Shown here: positions 8,687 through 18,527 of the stretch, piece by piece
How the letters are laid out: every line of letters starts with the position of its first letter
How positions within the stretch are numbered: the stretch's first letter is position 1
DNA from: Promethearchaeota archaeon
Lineage (GTDB): Archaea; Asgardarchaeota; Lokiarchaeia; Sigyniarchaeales; SOKP01
Assembly: GCA_013375475.1 (NCBI GenBank)
Contig: JABXKD010000046.1
Coordinates: forward strand, 1 to 29,572
Direction: 5' to 3'
DNA: 29,572 nucleotides
The notes under the pieces: model-generated
What the model was told of the DNA's origin: nothing
The model's input: the letters and a program-made list of their open reading frames with translations, nothing else
Databases searched by the model: none
Translations under genes and position numbers: made by a program

Positions 8687-9640
8687 TTAGATAAAATGTG
8701 TCCACGGGATATCTGGTATCGTTATATTCAAATTAATAAGAATTGTAGCATATATTGTGTTAAATGAGAATTTCAGCTGTAAAGTGGCATCTGTAGTTGC
8801 TAATTCATATATGTAATTATCTATTACAAGTGTTACCGTTCTATCGAGGTTATTTGTAAATGAATGAAAAGTCTCAAAAGTTTTTGCTCCTTCTCCTACT
8901 TTAAGCCCTAATGGGAGTGCTGATGTATTGGTACTAGCCTGTACAATAAGCTCTGTTCCAACATAAGCATTATAAATAGCGTAAAAACCTTGATTATCGA
9001 GATCAAAAGTAATGTTAAAACTAATTGTATCGTCGCTAAAGTCCAAGGGTGACCCCCCATCATCATAAGCCGGGGGAGTCATGGGATGAAAACTAAACCC
9101 TAAGTTCATTCCGCTATAGATTATACTACCAAGATAGCCTAATATAACAAGGCTCATAATTATTCCTAACGCTTTGAAAAGTTTACTAAGCTTAACTTTC
9201 GCGCGATATTCCTTACCTTTTCGTAGTTCTATTGCTTCGATTAAGTATTGTAAGGCTCTAATTCCAGATGAGCCTAAGAACATCCAAGCGATTGTTTGTA
9301 GACCTAACTGTACCTCAAGCGGAGGTACATTTATCGAATACATACCTAATTGAACTCCTGGTGTAAAACCCCCGAAAAAATAAAACATGTAAACTCCCGA
9401 GTATATCGTTGATCCAAATGCCATTAAACGATTTGCTGATGTGTCTTTTGGAAACGCGTGCCGTAACATGGCAAAAACGGTTCCAATTATTCCAATAATG
9501 ATAATAGATATTTTAAATTCTTGAGTAAATGTCATTAATCCAAACATATCGATTAATTCAAAAAGAATTAACGGTAGCGCGATGTAGAATATCCCATTTA
9601 ATATCCCATGTAAAACCATTTTAGTTCCTTGAATAGCCAT
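8687..9640 (-). CDS. Hypothetical membrane protein (about 5 TM helices plus C-terminal beta-rich domain)
   Basis: 317 aa ORF with a hydrophobic N-terminal half and an Asn/Thr-rich C-terminal region. No family recognised. Confidence 0.75.
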   Translation of the reverse strand: MAIQGTKMVLHGILNGIFYIALPLILFELIDMFGLMTFTQEFKISIIIIGIIGTVFAMLRHAFPKDTSANRLMAFGSTIYSGVYMFYFFGGFTPGVQLGMYSINVPPLEVQLGLQTIAWMFLGSSGIRALQYLIEAIELRKGKEYRAKVKLSKLFKALGIIMSLVILGYLGSIIYSGMNLGFSFHPMTPPAYDDGGSPLDFSDDTISFNITFDLDNQGFYAIYNAYVGTELIVQASTNTSALPLGLKVGEGAKTFETFHSFTNNLDRTVTLVIDNYIYELATTDATLQLKFSFNTIYATILINLNITIPDIPWTHFI

Positions 9641-9783
9641 AGGGTATAACCTTTTTTTCTAGTAGAAATTGTTATGATAAAATTACTATTAAAGATTTCA
9701 TAACATTTCGACTACTTAAATTTCTCTTATTGTAATTATAAGAACAATCTTCTTTATTAAAATGTAGGTTGGTTTTCTTTTCT

Positions 9784-10050
9784 CTAATATGTAAGAATTT
9801 TACGGGTATCCTCCCAACCGTAAGCAATTTTAATATAATCAGCACCTTCTTTCTGAAGTATGCCTTGACCTAGATATTTACCTCCCAGTACCTCATAAAA
9901 TTTCCAATTGGGATTATCCTTTAAGACCCAGATGACCATACTGTTTATATTATGTTCATGTAATCTTTCTACAATCAACTTCACTAACCTTACGCCAATT
10001 CCTCTTCGCTGGTATTCCTTAAGCACATAAATGGCCATTAATTCCCCAAT
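9784..10050 (-). pseudogene. GNAT N-acetyltransferase, 5'-truncated fragment
   Basis: IGELMAIYVLKEYQRRGIG (acetyl-CoA binding motif A) and WVLKDN...FYEVLGG are present. The upstream frame is closed by TAA at 10104-10102 with no recognisable N-terminal half. Confidence 0.65.
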
Positions 10051-10324
10051 AGACGAACCAATTGTATTTGGGGAAAAAAATAATTTTAGAACTCCAAAGT
10101 TTTATGATTATAATCAATTTCTGAAGTTAATTGAAAATGTAAAATAATTGAAGAATGTCGTTTTAATTGAACTTTACATTAAATTCAAATAAGAATGATT
10201 TTTAATCAATTACCTATAATGGTATAAACTTTATACTTTTTAAGAATAAAAGCTGAGTTTCATGATTAAACGTACGTTCTCTGATAATATCCTAATATTA
10301 TTGAGATGATGTAGAAATTCTATT

Positions 10325-10531
10325 CTATTTTTTTATCAAAAAAATTGCAGCTATAAAGATAGGAATAAAAAAGGGGAGAGTTACCGTAAATGCTAAAATA
10401 ATATATGAAATGTCACTTTGGGCTTGAGCTACTTCTAAAGCAGATGAGAATGTGTTTAGATAAAACAAGATTAACACTATAATCGGGATAAACCTAATTT
10501 TTTTTCTATTTTTATTATTATTATTTTCCAT
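10325..10531 (-). CDS. Small hypothetical membrane protein (2 TM)
   Basis: 68 aa with a basic N-terminus and two hydrophobic segments. Starts 19 nt downstream of the CruF-like gene on the same strand. Confidence 0.55.
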   Translation of the reverse strand: MENNNNKNRKKIRFIPIIVLILFYLNTFSSALEVAQAQSDISYIILAFTVTLPFFIPIFIAAIFLIKK

Positions 10532-10550
10532 ATTAAATCACTTTCCTTCG

Positions 10551-11429
10551 TTATACCAATCCGATGGGTATTAAATTTATTCCTTTAAATAAAAGATCAA
10601 TAGTAAGCTGTGAGACTATTAAAAATGCAAAACATATAGCTAAAGCAACAGGAATTAGATAAAAAAATATTCCCGCAGATTTTTTAATTCCCTTCTGTTC
10701 AATTTTTTTATCGTTTAAAACAAATCCATATAGTATTGCAAATAACGCTATGACCATAAACCATCCAAAAAAGTTTATGAATGGTATCGAAAAGATTGAA
10801 AATCTTTCGCTAAAATCTAATAACCAAACCCATAAACCAAGCGAATCCGAATAGATTGAATTAGAACCTTGATTTATCATTACAGGATCGATAAACATAT
10901 CAAGAGAAGTTGCCATAATTCCTGCTATAATTGCGTGAAATATATAATTACGATTACGAAAAATGGTTTGGGCAACATTCACGCAACAGTAAGCTAAGAT
11001 ATACCACCCCAAACAGGTGTAGAGAGGTATCTCTAAAAACCATAACCCTCCTTTAGTAAAATAGTAAGTTTCTTGAGGAACTACACCGAACCTACCAGTT
11101 AAAATCCAAAAACATTCTTGAAACCCTGTAAAAATTATCGAGCCATACAAAAAACAAGTGCTTTTAACCAATCCATCAGTCTTAAGGCTGTGATAAAAAA
11201 CTAACGCTAAAAGCAAAATTACTAAGGCATCTGTAATGATTAATTCGAATAGAACATTTTCTGATGTGTAAGGACCACGAGTACTGGGAACACTCAATAA
11301 ATCAGGATACATATGGTGCAATATTGTTGTAAATGTTATGAAAATAACCATAACTATCGTCGTGAAAATAAAGAATTTATGTTTGTACTCTAACTTACTT
11401 CCAACTTGATTGGATTTATCCCGTTCCAT
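10551..11429 (-). CDS. CruF-like (carotenoid 1,2-hydratase family) membrane protein
   Basis: 292 aa. Motifs EIPLYTCLGWY, DMFIDPV, GLWVW and IPFINFFGWF match the CruF/DUF422 family pattern. Confidence 0.75.
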   Translation of the reverse strand: MERDKSNQVGSKLEYKHKFFIFTTIVMVIFITFTTILHHMYPDLLSVPSTRGPYTSENVLFELIITDALVILLLALVFYHSLKTDGLVKSTCFLYGSIIFTGFQECFWILTGRFGVVPQETYYFTKGGLWFLEIPLYTCLGWYILAYCCVNVAQTIFRNRNYIFHAIIAGIMATSLDMFIDPVMINQGSNSIYSDSLGLWVWLLDFSERFSIFSIPFINFFGWFMVIALFAILYGFVLNDKKIEQKGIKKSAGIFFYLIPVALAICFAFLIVSQLTIDLLFKGINLIPIGLV

Positions 11430-11545
11430 AAATTATAATTAAGTTCAACTTCTATTTAAAAGAAATCATCTGTTATTTTAATATACTTTTAAGGATTACA
11501 AACAATCTTAAATCTCAATTTTGGACCAAAAATTCTGCTGATCTC

Positions 11546-12463
11546 TTATTTGACTAATAATTCTAAATTTCTTTTTAATCTTGGTAGGTATTCCATCCCA
11601 TAAGAAGTATCAAACATTTTTATCTTAAAACTCAATGACGATACTAAATCTTCAGTAAAATCTCCATTAAGTAACATGCTTGTTTCTTCCTCGGATACAT
11701 CTTCAAATCGGTCAGCCCTTTTTATCTCTTCTTTATTTCCCGGACATAAATATTGACATTTCATACAACCCATTATAGAATGATGAATACTCCGATCCAT
11801 CCATTCTGGAAATTCTCCATCAATTTCATTGTAGAGGGGTAGGCATTTACTAGCATCAATTACAAAAGGGTCTCCTCTAATAGCTTTTGTAGGACAATTT
11901 TCTATGCAAAAAGTACAATTTTCGCAATGATCCATCATTTTAAGGCTATGCCAAGAATCGCTGTCCATTTTATAATTGGTATAATAGGCATGTAGCGTTA
12001 AAAAACTACCCATTCCATCGATATAACAAATATTGTTCCTGCCATATGTCCCAAGTCCACTCCTGACAGCTAATAATTTTAAATGAAGTTGGTCTCTTGT
12101 TTTTACAATGTTATATCCTGGCTTTTGAATAATTGTGTTTAATACGAGATCTTCTAGGTCTTCATCCAAAAGACCATCATCATAATAGGGAGGAGGTATC
12201 ATTATGTCGTATACTCTTCCTTGTAGATGAAAATTTGCATACATCATTCTTGTTGAAGTTGCGAGAACTATAAGAGATTTTGCATCAGGTAAAGTTTCAG
12301 GTATAGCAAATTTCTTGTTACTTAAATAATATCGATACGTTTCATGATTGCTAAGAACTCCTTCTCGATTCAAACTATCAAAATCTTCTTGTAAATCATC
12401 AAGATGTTCAACAGAAACAGATTTGTAATAATATCTGATCCCTTTAATACTTGGATAATTCAT
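11546..12463 (-). CDS. Epoxyqueuosine reductase (QueG)-like double 4Fe-4S protein
   Basis: 305 aa. LKLLAVRSGLGTYGRNN, GMGSF, CENCTFCIENCPT and C...GCMKCQYLCPGN. Confidence 0.8.
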   Translation of the reverse strand: MNYPSIKGIRYYYKSVSVEHLDDLQEDFDSLNREGVLSNHETYRYYLSNKKFAIPETLPDAKSLIVLATSTRMMYANFHLQGRVYDIMIPPPYYDDGLLDEDLEDLVLNTIIQKPGYNIVKTRDQLHLKLLAVRSGLGTYGRNNICYIDGMGSFLTLHAYYTNYKMDSDSWHSLKMMDHCENCTFCIENCPTKAIRGDPFVIDASKCLPLYNEIDGEFPEWMDRSIHHSIMGCMKCQYLCPGNKEEIKRADRFEDVSEEETSMLLNGDFTEDLVSSLSFKIKMFDTSYGMEYLPRLKRNLELLVK

Positions 12464-12597
12464 TGATAAAAAATTTAAAATAATTATTTACGCATTTTAG
12501 GCTTAGTAAACTTATATAGATTTCTGTAATATAATTTATCTGAAGTTCGAACTACATACATTATCTTACTTTATTAAGAAGGATAAAAATTATAAAT

Positions 12598-13767
12598 TCA
12601 ATCTTCCGAAAGTAGATTGTCTCTACTTCGAAATGGTTTTACAAATGCCCATCGCCAAATGATAAATATAAGTGAGAATACGATTGCCGATAAAAGAGGC
12701 AGTATCTGTGGAGGGAAATATTGTAAGATTAATCCACCAAGAATTGGGGTTATTATCTGGGCAACACTATTTAACGAATTGTTTACGCCGAGTATACTAC
12801 CAGTTTCTTCCCTTTTAACAACTTTCGTCAATTTACTTGTGAGAATGGGGCGAGTTACGCCTGTTCCAAAAGCTAAAAAGGAAATGGGAATAAATACGAT
12901 CCAAAAGTTAGTAGTAAATATAAGAAACGCCATTGTGAAAAACAATGCAAAAATGCCTACTTTCAGTGTCGTATTTTCGCTTACCCTCTTCAATATTGGG
13001 TTAATAAGAACGCTTTGAAATAGGACTCTAAGAACACCTATCCAAGCCATATAAAAAGTGAGTTGTTGGGGTGTCACATTGAGCTGGTTTGTGGTATAGA
13101 GAGCAAATGTTGAAATGAAGAGAAAAAATCCGAAGCTATAAATGAAGAATGTTATTAATATTCCTCGAGTTTCAGCTGATTTAAAGAAACGTTTAGCTTC
13201 GTTAATGGGTATGATATCTCCAAGCTTTAAACTAATTTTGTCCTCTTTGTGTGTTATTGATTCGGGTAAGAAAATTAATACTAAAATAATAGAGAGAAGA
13301 CTAACTCCAGCTGCAAAGAAAAAGGGAGCTGAAAAGCTAATTAGTAATAACACACCTCCAATCATAGGCCCAAAAATTAAACCCGCACCAAAAACTGCAC
13401 TTGAATAACCATATGTTTTAGTTCTTTGTTGAGGTGTCGTAACATCACTAATATAAGCTTGAGTAACCGTCATGTTACTTCCCAGAAGCCCATCTACAAG
13501 GCGCGCAGCGATAAGTATCCAAACATTAGTAGCTATTCCAAGCAGAAAAAATCCTACAAGAGTGCTCGTTTGACTGAATAATAACAATGGCTTTCTTCCG
13601 AATCGGTCGCTAAGTTTCCCGGTAATTGGACTGGCAAAAAGTTGACATAAACTAAAAATACTCAAGATTAATCCCACTTGTAACTCATTCAAACCTAAAT
13701 TTAGTCCTAAAATGGGAATTAATGGCATCACACTACTGAATCCTAAAATTTCGGTAAATTGAATCAT
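12598..13767 (-). CDS. MFS transporter, TetA/DHA1-like (true start probably upstream of 13767)
   Basis: Motif A GKLSDRFGRKP, ARLVDGL, QAYISDVT and GLIFGPMIGG. The frame stays open upstream to 13833 and includes the start of TM1 (KRLLIIF-MIQF). Confidence 0.9.
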   Translation of the reverse strand: MIQFTEILGFSSVMPLIPILGLNLGLNELQVGLILSIFSLCQLFASPITGKLSDRFGRKPLLLFSQTSTLVGFFLLGIATNVWILIAARLVDGLLGSNMTVTQAYISDVTTPQQRTKTYGYSSAVFGAGLIFGPMIGGVLLLISFSAPFFFAAGVSLLSIILVLIFLPESITHKEDKISLKLGDIIPINEAKRFFKSAETRGILITFFIYSFGFFLFISTFALYTTNQLNVTPQQLTFYMAWIGVLRVLFQSVLINPILKRVSENTTLKVGIFALFFTMAFLIFTTNFWIVFIPISFLAFGTGVTRPILTSKLTKVVKREETGSILGVNNSLNSVAQIITPILGGLILQYFPPQILPLLSAIVFSLIFIIWRWAFVKPFRSRDNLLSED

Positions 13768-13952
13768 AAAAATAATTAGAAGGCGTTTGTTGAATTTTTC
13801 CTTTGGAGCTGCTGGTATCGAACTAATAAGCTTTCACATCTAATATTAAAATCTAAAATTAGCTTTTATAGGGGAGAGATGTAAATAAATTAAGTTTTAT
13901 GTAAATATAATATCAATTTTTGGAATTTTTTTAAGGATTTAGTAGTATGAAG

Positions 13953-13964
13953 TAAAATTATATA
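13953..13964 (+). promoter_or_regulatory. Putative archaeal BRE/TATA promoter of the HEPN-MNT operon
   Basis: AAAA-TTATATA with the TATA box about 25-30 nt upstream of ATG 13988, consistent with a leaderless transcript. The AT-rich background lowers specificity. Confidence 0.4.
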
Positions 13965-13987
13965 GTTAAAAAATAATCTTATATTAT

Positions 13988-14371
13988 ATGCATAAAGATG
14001 AAGTAGAGCTTTTTCTTAAGCGAGCTAAAAATTTTCTAGATGGTGCGAAAGAGAGATTTCAAAAAGAAGATTGGGATTTAACATGTTTTATGGCAGAACA
14101 ATCTGTTCAACTAATAACGAAGGCATTTATCCTTGAAAAAGGAGGAGAATTACCCAAAACTCATTCAATTAGGAAATTATTTGCATTGCTGTATCAATTA
14201 ACAGAAAAAAATGTGTTTAAATATGATAGGAAAGCTTTACTCTTTCTCGAAAGTGCTTACTTGAATTCTCGATATTTTAGTTTTATGTATGAGAAAGAAG
14301 ATGCTGAAGAAGCTCTAATTATTGCAGAAGATATAAAGAAAGTTGTAAAAAATGTTAGAATTAATGAATAA
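13988..14371 (+). CDS. HEPN domain protein (HEPN-MNT toxin-antitoxin-type module)
   Basis: 127 aa. CFMAEQSVQL..KA, PKTHSIRKL and YLNSRY are typical of archaeal HEPN proteins paired with MNTs. Confidence 0.88.
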   Translation: MHKDEVELFLKRAKNFLDGAKERFQKEDWDLTCFMAEQSVQLITKAFILEKGGELPKTHSIRKLFALLYQLTEKNVFKYDRKALLFLESAYLNSRYFSFMYEKEDAEEALIIAEDIKKVVKNVRINE

Positions 14372-14696
14372 AACTCAAGAAATGATTAAAAATCATAAAA
14401 AATACTTGAAAATTATCTACAAGAATATTATGCTTGTTTTAAAAGAATCTCAAGTATATTTATTTGGGAGTATAATTGAAGGAAATTTAGTAACCGCTAG
14501 CGATATTGATATTCTAATTATCGCGGATGTTCCTAAGAAACATTTAAAAAGGGCAGAAATTGTAGCAAATATAGAAGAAAAATCAGGATTACCACTTAGT
14601 CATCCGTTTGAATTTCATTTATTAACACAAGAAGAATTAGATAAGTGGATTGAGATTTATAAGATCAAATTTGAGGATATCTCTTCATATATTTAG
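14352..14696 (+). CDS. Minimal nucleotidyltransferase (MNT)
   Basis: 114 aa. VYLFGS(x10)DIDILII catalytic motif. Overlaps the HEPN stop. An alternative start is ATG 14364. Confidence 0.88.
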   Translation: MLELMNKTQEMIKNHKKYLKIIYKNIMLVLKESQVYLFGSIIEGNLVTASDIDILIIADVPKKHLKRAEIVANIEEKSGLPLSHPFEFHLLTQEELDKWIEIYKIKFEDISSYI

Positions 14697-14822
14697 ATAA
14701 TCTCTTATAGCTGCTATTCTCTTCTGAATTAAAAAATTTAATTAAAAACAGTTTTATACTTAAATGACTTAAAATATAATGGAATCAAATTAGAGTAAAA
14801 AGAATTTGCGGGGTTTTAAAAT

Positions 14823-16526
14823 ATGCCAAGAGTTATAGATCTAGTTGTTGAGGCAATCACTCAAGCAGGAATAGACCACGCTTTTTGCCTACCGGGGGGT
14901 TATACTCAATTTTTAATAGAAGCGCTCTATCAAAACAAGGATAAAATTAACGTAATCGTTACCCGTCACGAAGGGGGTGCTTCTGCGATGGCAGATATTT
15001 ATGGAAGGATTACTAAAAAACCTGGACTTTTATTAGGTCAAGGATTATGGATAGCCACAAACGGAGCATTCGGTATAGTAGAAGCCTTTCTTGCCGGTTC
15101 TCCGATGCTGATAATAACAGATATTTCAGATTGGAATAACTTGAATCTTCACGGGCCTTATCAATGCGGATCAGGGGCATATGGTTCCGTTGATCTGCCA
15201 AATATATTTCGTTCGATGACAAAATTTACTACCTTTGCAACCTCACCTAAAGACGTGGTTTACGGTGTACAACTTGCGATAAAACATGCAATTTCTGGAA
15301 GACCAGGTCCAGCAGCAGTAATCACCAAAATGACTTCCATTGGAGGATTTATTGATGATATTACTAGTTTAGATCCACCAATATATCCAACAAAAGGATA
15401 TCTTCGCGTGAGTCCACCTAGCATAGCAAAATCTGATGCTGAGAAGATGGCAGATTATTTAATCAACGCAGAGAATCCTATCTTAATATGCGGGAGGGGA
15501 ATTCATGTTTCAAGTGCTTATGAAGAAGTACAAGAACTTGCCGAACTGATCGGAATGCCCGTTGCTACAAGTTATATGGGAAAAAGTAGTATTGCAGAAA
15601 CTCACGACCTCGCTTTAGGTGTAATGGCCAGTCGGGGACAGAAGTTAGCGACAGATCTTATAGGTAAAGCAGATACCATTCTTGCCGTAGGAACTTGTCT
15701 TGCTCCCGATAATACCAATGGTTGTAGTAAAGAGTTTATCGATGTTGAAAATCAGAAATTACTACATATTGATATCGATTCCCGCAATGCAGCCTGGACA
15801 TATCCAGCAACTCTAGGTGCTACATCGGATGCAAAATTAGGTTTAAGGGCGATAATTAACACTATTAAAGCAAAAAATCCACAAATTGATGTACAAAAGA
15901 GGATTTCAGCTATACTGGAATTAAAGGCTAAACCCGAAAATGAGTTTTTCACCAATAAATGGTCTGATTCAACTAAAGTCCCTATAGAACCCGAAAGGAT
16001 CGTAAAAGAACTCAATGAACTAGTTAGAGAAGAAGATCTACTTGTTTTGGATGCCGGTAACAACAGAATATGGTTCTGTAAAATGTTCAAATCAAAAAAA
16101 GCCGGACAGGTAATTGGTCCTGGTGGTGCTGCTGGAATGGCTTGGGGTCCTAGTGCTTCGGTGGCTGCTCAGCTACTAAATAAGCAGGGAAAGGTTGTTA
16201 GTGTGGTTGGAGATGGCGGTATGATGATGTCTCTTTATAACTTTGAAACTGTGAAGCAATATAACATACCTCTCATGTACGTAGTGTTTAATAATCAAAG
16301 CTTAGGAAATGTACGAGATTTCTTTTCTAGAAAAAATAGACCTCTTGCAGAGTACCCTGAAACAAATTTTGCCAAAATCGCAAATTCAATGGGTGTGGAA
16401 GGAATTCGTGTTGAAGAACTAGATGATCTTCGACCTGCCCTTGAAAAAGGTTTTAAAAATGATAAACCTATGTTAGTTGATGTTGTCACTAGTCGTGCCT
16501 CGCATCTGAGGGTTAGAACTTCATAA
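14823..16526 (+). CDS. Thiamine pyrophosphate-dependent enzyme (acetolactate synthase large subunit-like)
   Basis: 567 aa. TRHEGGASAMAD, GRPGP, PVATSYMGKS and the GDGG...NNQSLG TPP-binding motif. Substrate uncertain. Confidence 0.9.
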   Translation: MPRVIDLVVEAITQAGIDHAFCLPGGYTQFLIEALYQNKDKINVIVTRHEGGASAMADIYGRITKKPGLLLGQGLWIATNGAFGIVEAFLAGSPMLIITDISDWNNLNLHGPYQCGSGAYGSVDLPNIFRSMTKFTTFATSPKDVVYGVQLAIKHAISGRPGPAAVITKMTSIGGFIDDITSLDPPIYPTKGYLRVSPPSIAKSDAEKMADYLINAENPILICGRGIHVSSAYEEVQELAELIGMPVATSYMGKSSIAETHDLALGVMASRGQKLATDLIGKADTILAVGTCLAPDNTNGCSKEFIDVENQKLLHIDIDSRNAAWTYPATLGATSDAKLGLRAIINTIKAKNPQIDVQKRISAILELKAKPENEFFTNKWSDSTKVPIEPERIVKELNELVREEDLLVLDAGNNRIWFCKMFKSKKAGQVIGPGGAAGMAWGPSASVAAQLLNKQGKVVSVVGDGGMMMSLYNFETVKQYNIPLMYVVFNNQSLGNVRDFFSRKNRPLAEYPETNFAKIANSMGVEGIRVEELDDLRPALEKGFKNDKPMLVDVVTSRASHLRVRTS

Positions 16527-16650
16527 TAACACTATAAATAAACTCTTTTTTTCTTTTCTCTTTTTGTATAATACTTTAAATTAATTAATAAATAATAAAG
16601 GTCTAATACAATTTTTAAAAGTCTTATTTCTCAGAAAAATTAGAAACTCT

Positions 16651-17031
16651 CTAAATACTTTTTCTTGCTATTCCTTTAAAGGATGAAAATTGATTGAATA
16701 TTTTGGAATCTCCTTCAATTTTAGCAAAAATATTCACTGGTGATGCTGCTTTCGGTTTCTCATCTTTACTTGCGGGAGTAGGTCCAAAAAAAATGCAGAA
16801 TCCATTCCCATCAGGCCAATATCCAACATCTCCGACCTCACAATCAACTTGTGCATTTTCTTTTCCGATAGCAACGGGGATTTCTCCATACAGCTCCTCG
16901 CCCCATCTTGCGAGGTTTAGATCGAACGGTAATTTATCCCATATCGCTTCACATGTCTCGGGATTTTTGTCAGTAAGCAGTTTAGCTTTGATTTGGCCAA
17001 TTTTTTCATTTTCAATTATTATGTAATCCAT
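16651..17031 (-). CDS. Cyclophilin-like fold protein (TM1367/DUF369 family)
   Basis: 126 aa. P.T...I...LP, RWGEELY, GDVGYWPDG..FCIFFGPTP, ASPVN. Confidence 0.85.
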   Translation of the reverse strand: MDYIIIENEKIGQIKAKLLTDKNPETCEAIWDKLPFDLNLARWGEELYGEIPVAIGKENAQVDCEVGDVGYWPDGNGFCIFFGPTPASKDEKPKAASPVNIFAKIEGDSKIFNQFSSFKGIARKSI

Positions 17032-17161
17032 AGAGCACTCACTAAAATAAATTATTTTACATTAAATAAATATCATTCATTTTTAAACAGAGTTTTAATA
17101 ATCAATCAGATTATTAAACATTTTCAATAAAATGAAGAAAAAGAAGTAAATAAAACTAAAT

Positions 17162-17890
17162 TTAAAATAGAAGCTCTTCGCCTACTCTAATTTCGTGGTA
17201 TTTTTCAGGATATTTTACTTTTAAAAGATCAACATAATTAGTACAATGGCATGCTCCAATAAATTTCAATGAATCTAAACGCGAAAACATTCTGATATTG
17301 TGGAACCCTCCTATAATTGCTTCAATATTTACTCGATTTGAAAAAGCATCGAAGATTTCATTCAAGCCAGGATGGCAACATCCAACAAGCAGGATTCCCT
17401 TTTCTTCGCGTGTTTTTAATAGCATTGCTTGCTCCTTCAAATAATTTCCCAATTGTCCAGTTAAATATATGTTCTGTTCAATCTCAGTTACTTCGCTAAC
17501 ACCATAAACTTTAGCTAAGGGATATTTTCTATTGTATGTAATTTGATTTTCTATTGGAACATAGATTTCTAAGTCATTATTTTTTTCATAAATACTTTCT
17601 AAACCTTTGGAATGCTCTAAGTGATTATGTGAAATAACTACTTTTGAGATTTCAGTAACATCAATACCTAATTGGCTTAGGTTATGAAGTAGAATATCTC
17701 CATCACTACCTGTATCAAAAAGAATATAACTACCTGTTTCTACATTATAAATTAAGGCAGCAAATCCAAAAGAAGAGATAAATCCTTCAAGACTTTCACC
17801 CTGATTGAAGAGAATGTTAACATAAAAATTTTCTAAATCTAAATATCTATCCGCAATCTGCATTATAATAATAAATTTGAAAAAATCCAT
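17162..17890 (-). CDS. MBL-fold metallo-hydrolase (COG1237-like)
   Basis: ILFDTG, ISHNHLEH, VGCCHPG, IGGFH and CHCT motifs. Start codon uncertain. Confidence 0.82.
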   Translation of the reverse strand: MDFFKFIIIMQIADRYLDLENFYVNILFNQGESLEGFISSFGFAALIYNVETGSYILFDTGSDGDILLHNLSQLGIDVTEISKVVISHNHLEHSKGLESIYEKNNDLEIYVPIENQITYNRKYPLAKVYGVSEVTEIEQNIYLTGQLGNYLKEQAMLLKTREEKGILLVGCCHPGLNEIFDAFSNRVNIEAIIGGFHNIRMFSRLDSLKFIGACHCTNYVDLLKVKYPEKYHEIRVGEELLF

Positions 17891-18025
17891 TAGTAGTTTT
17901 TTAATACGAACTGTAAATAGAATCTTAGACTCTTTTTGAATACTACCTCAATCTTCCTGTTTTCTTCTATTTTAAAAAATTTTTAATTAGAAGCTTTAAG
18001 TATATTTACAAAGGTTGAAAAGATA

Positions 18026-18469
18026 ATGGTTCAAAAAAATTCAGAAAAATTGCCGAGTAATTCAATAGAAGCTCAAGGTTTATTAATAAAAGAGTTTTAC
18101 AAAAAATTCGGAAAAGAAGCACTACCTATTATAGAAACGGTTTGTGGAAAACAAGGTCGTGCCTTAGGCTTAAAAATAATGAAAAAGTTACCAGATAATA
18201 AATTGACAACAGTAGCACGGGCTTTTTCAAAGAGTTATAATCCTAATTTTGTTAAGATTATTTCTATTTCAGACGAAAATTTTCATATTCAAGGTACCAT
18301 GTGCCCTTTTGGTCTTGAGAATACATCTAGGGCGTTATGTGAAGCCGTTATGGCAATCGATCGTGAGTATTTTCGCGAAGCAGTGAGCGATAAGATCGAA
18401 CTTAAGATTCTTAACACTGTTGCGGCAGGAGATTTACACTGTGATACAATTTACACTCTTAAAGAATAA
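18026..18469 (+). CDS. ATC-hydrolase/V4R-like small ligand-binding domain protein
   Basis: 147 aa. CPFG...LC......D and T.AAGD.HCD cysteine pattern. Confidence 0.6.
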   Translation: MVQKNSEKLPSNSIEAQGLLIKEFYKKFGKEALPIIETVCGKQGRALGLKIMKKLPDNKLTTVARAFSKSYNPNFVKIISISDENFHIQGTMCPFGLENTSRALCEAVMAIDREYFREAVSDKIELKILNTVAAGDLHCDTIYTLKE

Positions 18470-18527
18470 CGTGCATATATAGGATTAAAAACAAAGAAGT
18501 AATAAATAAAAATAAAATTATGAATGG

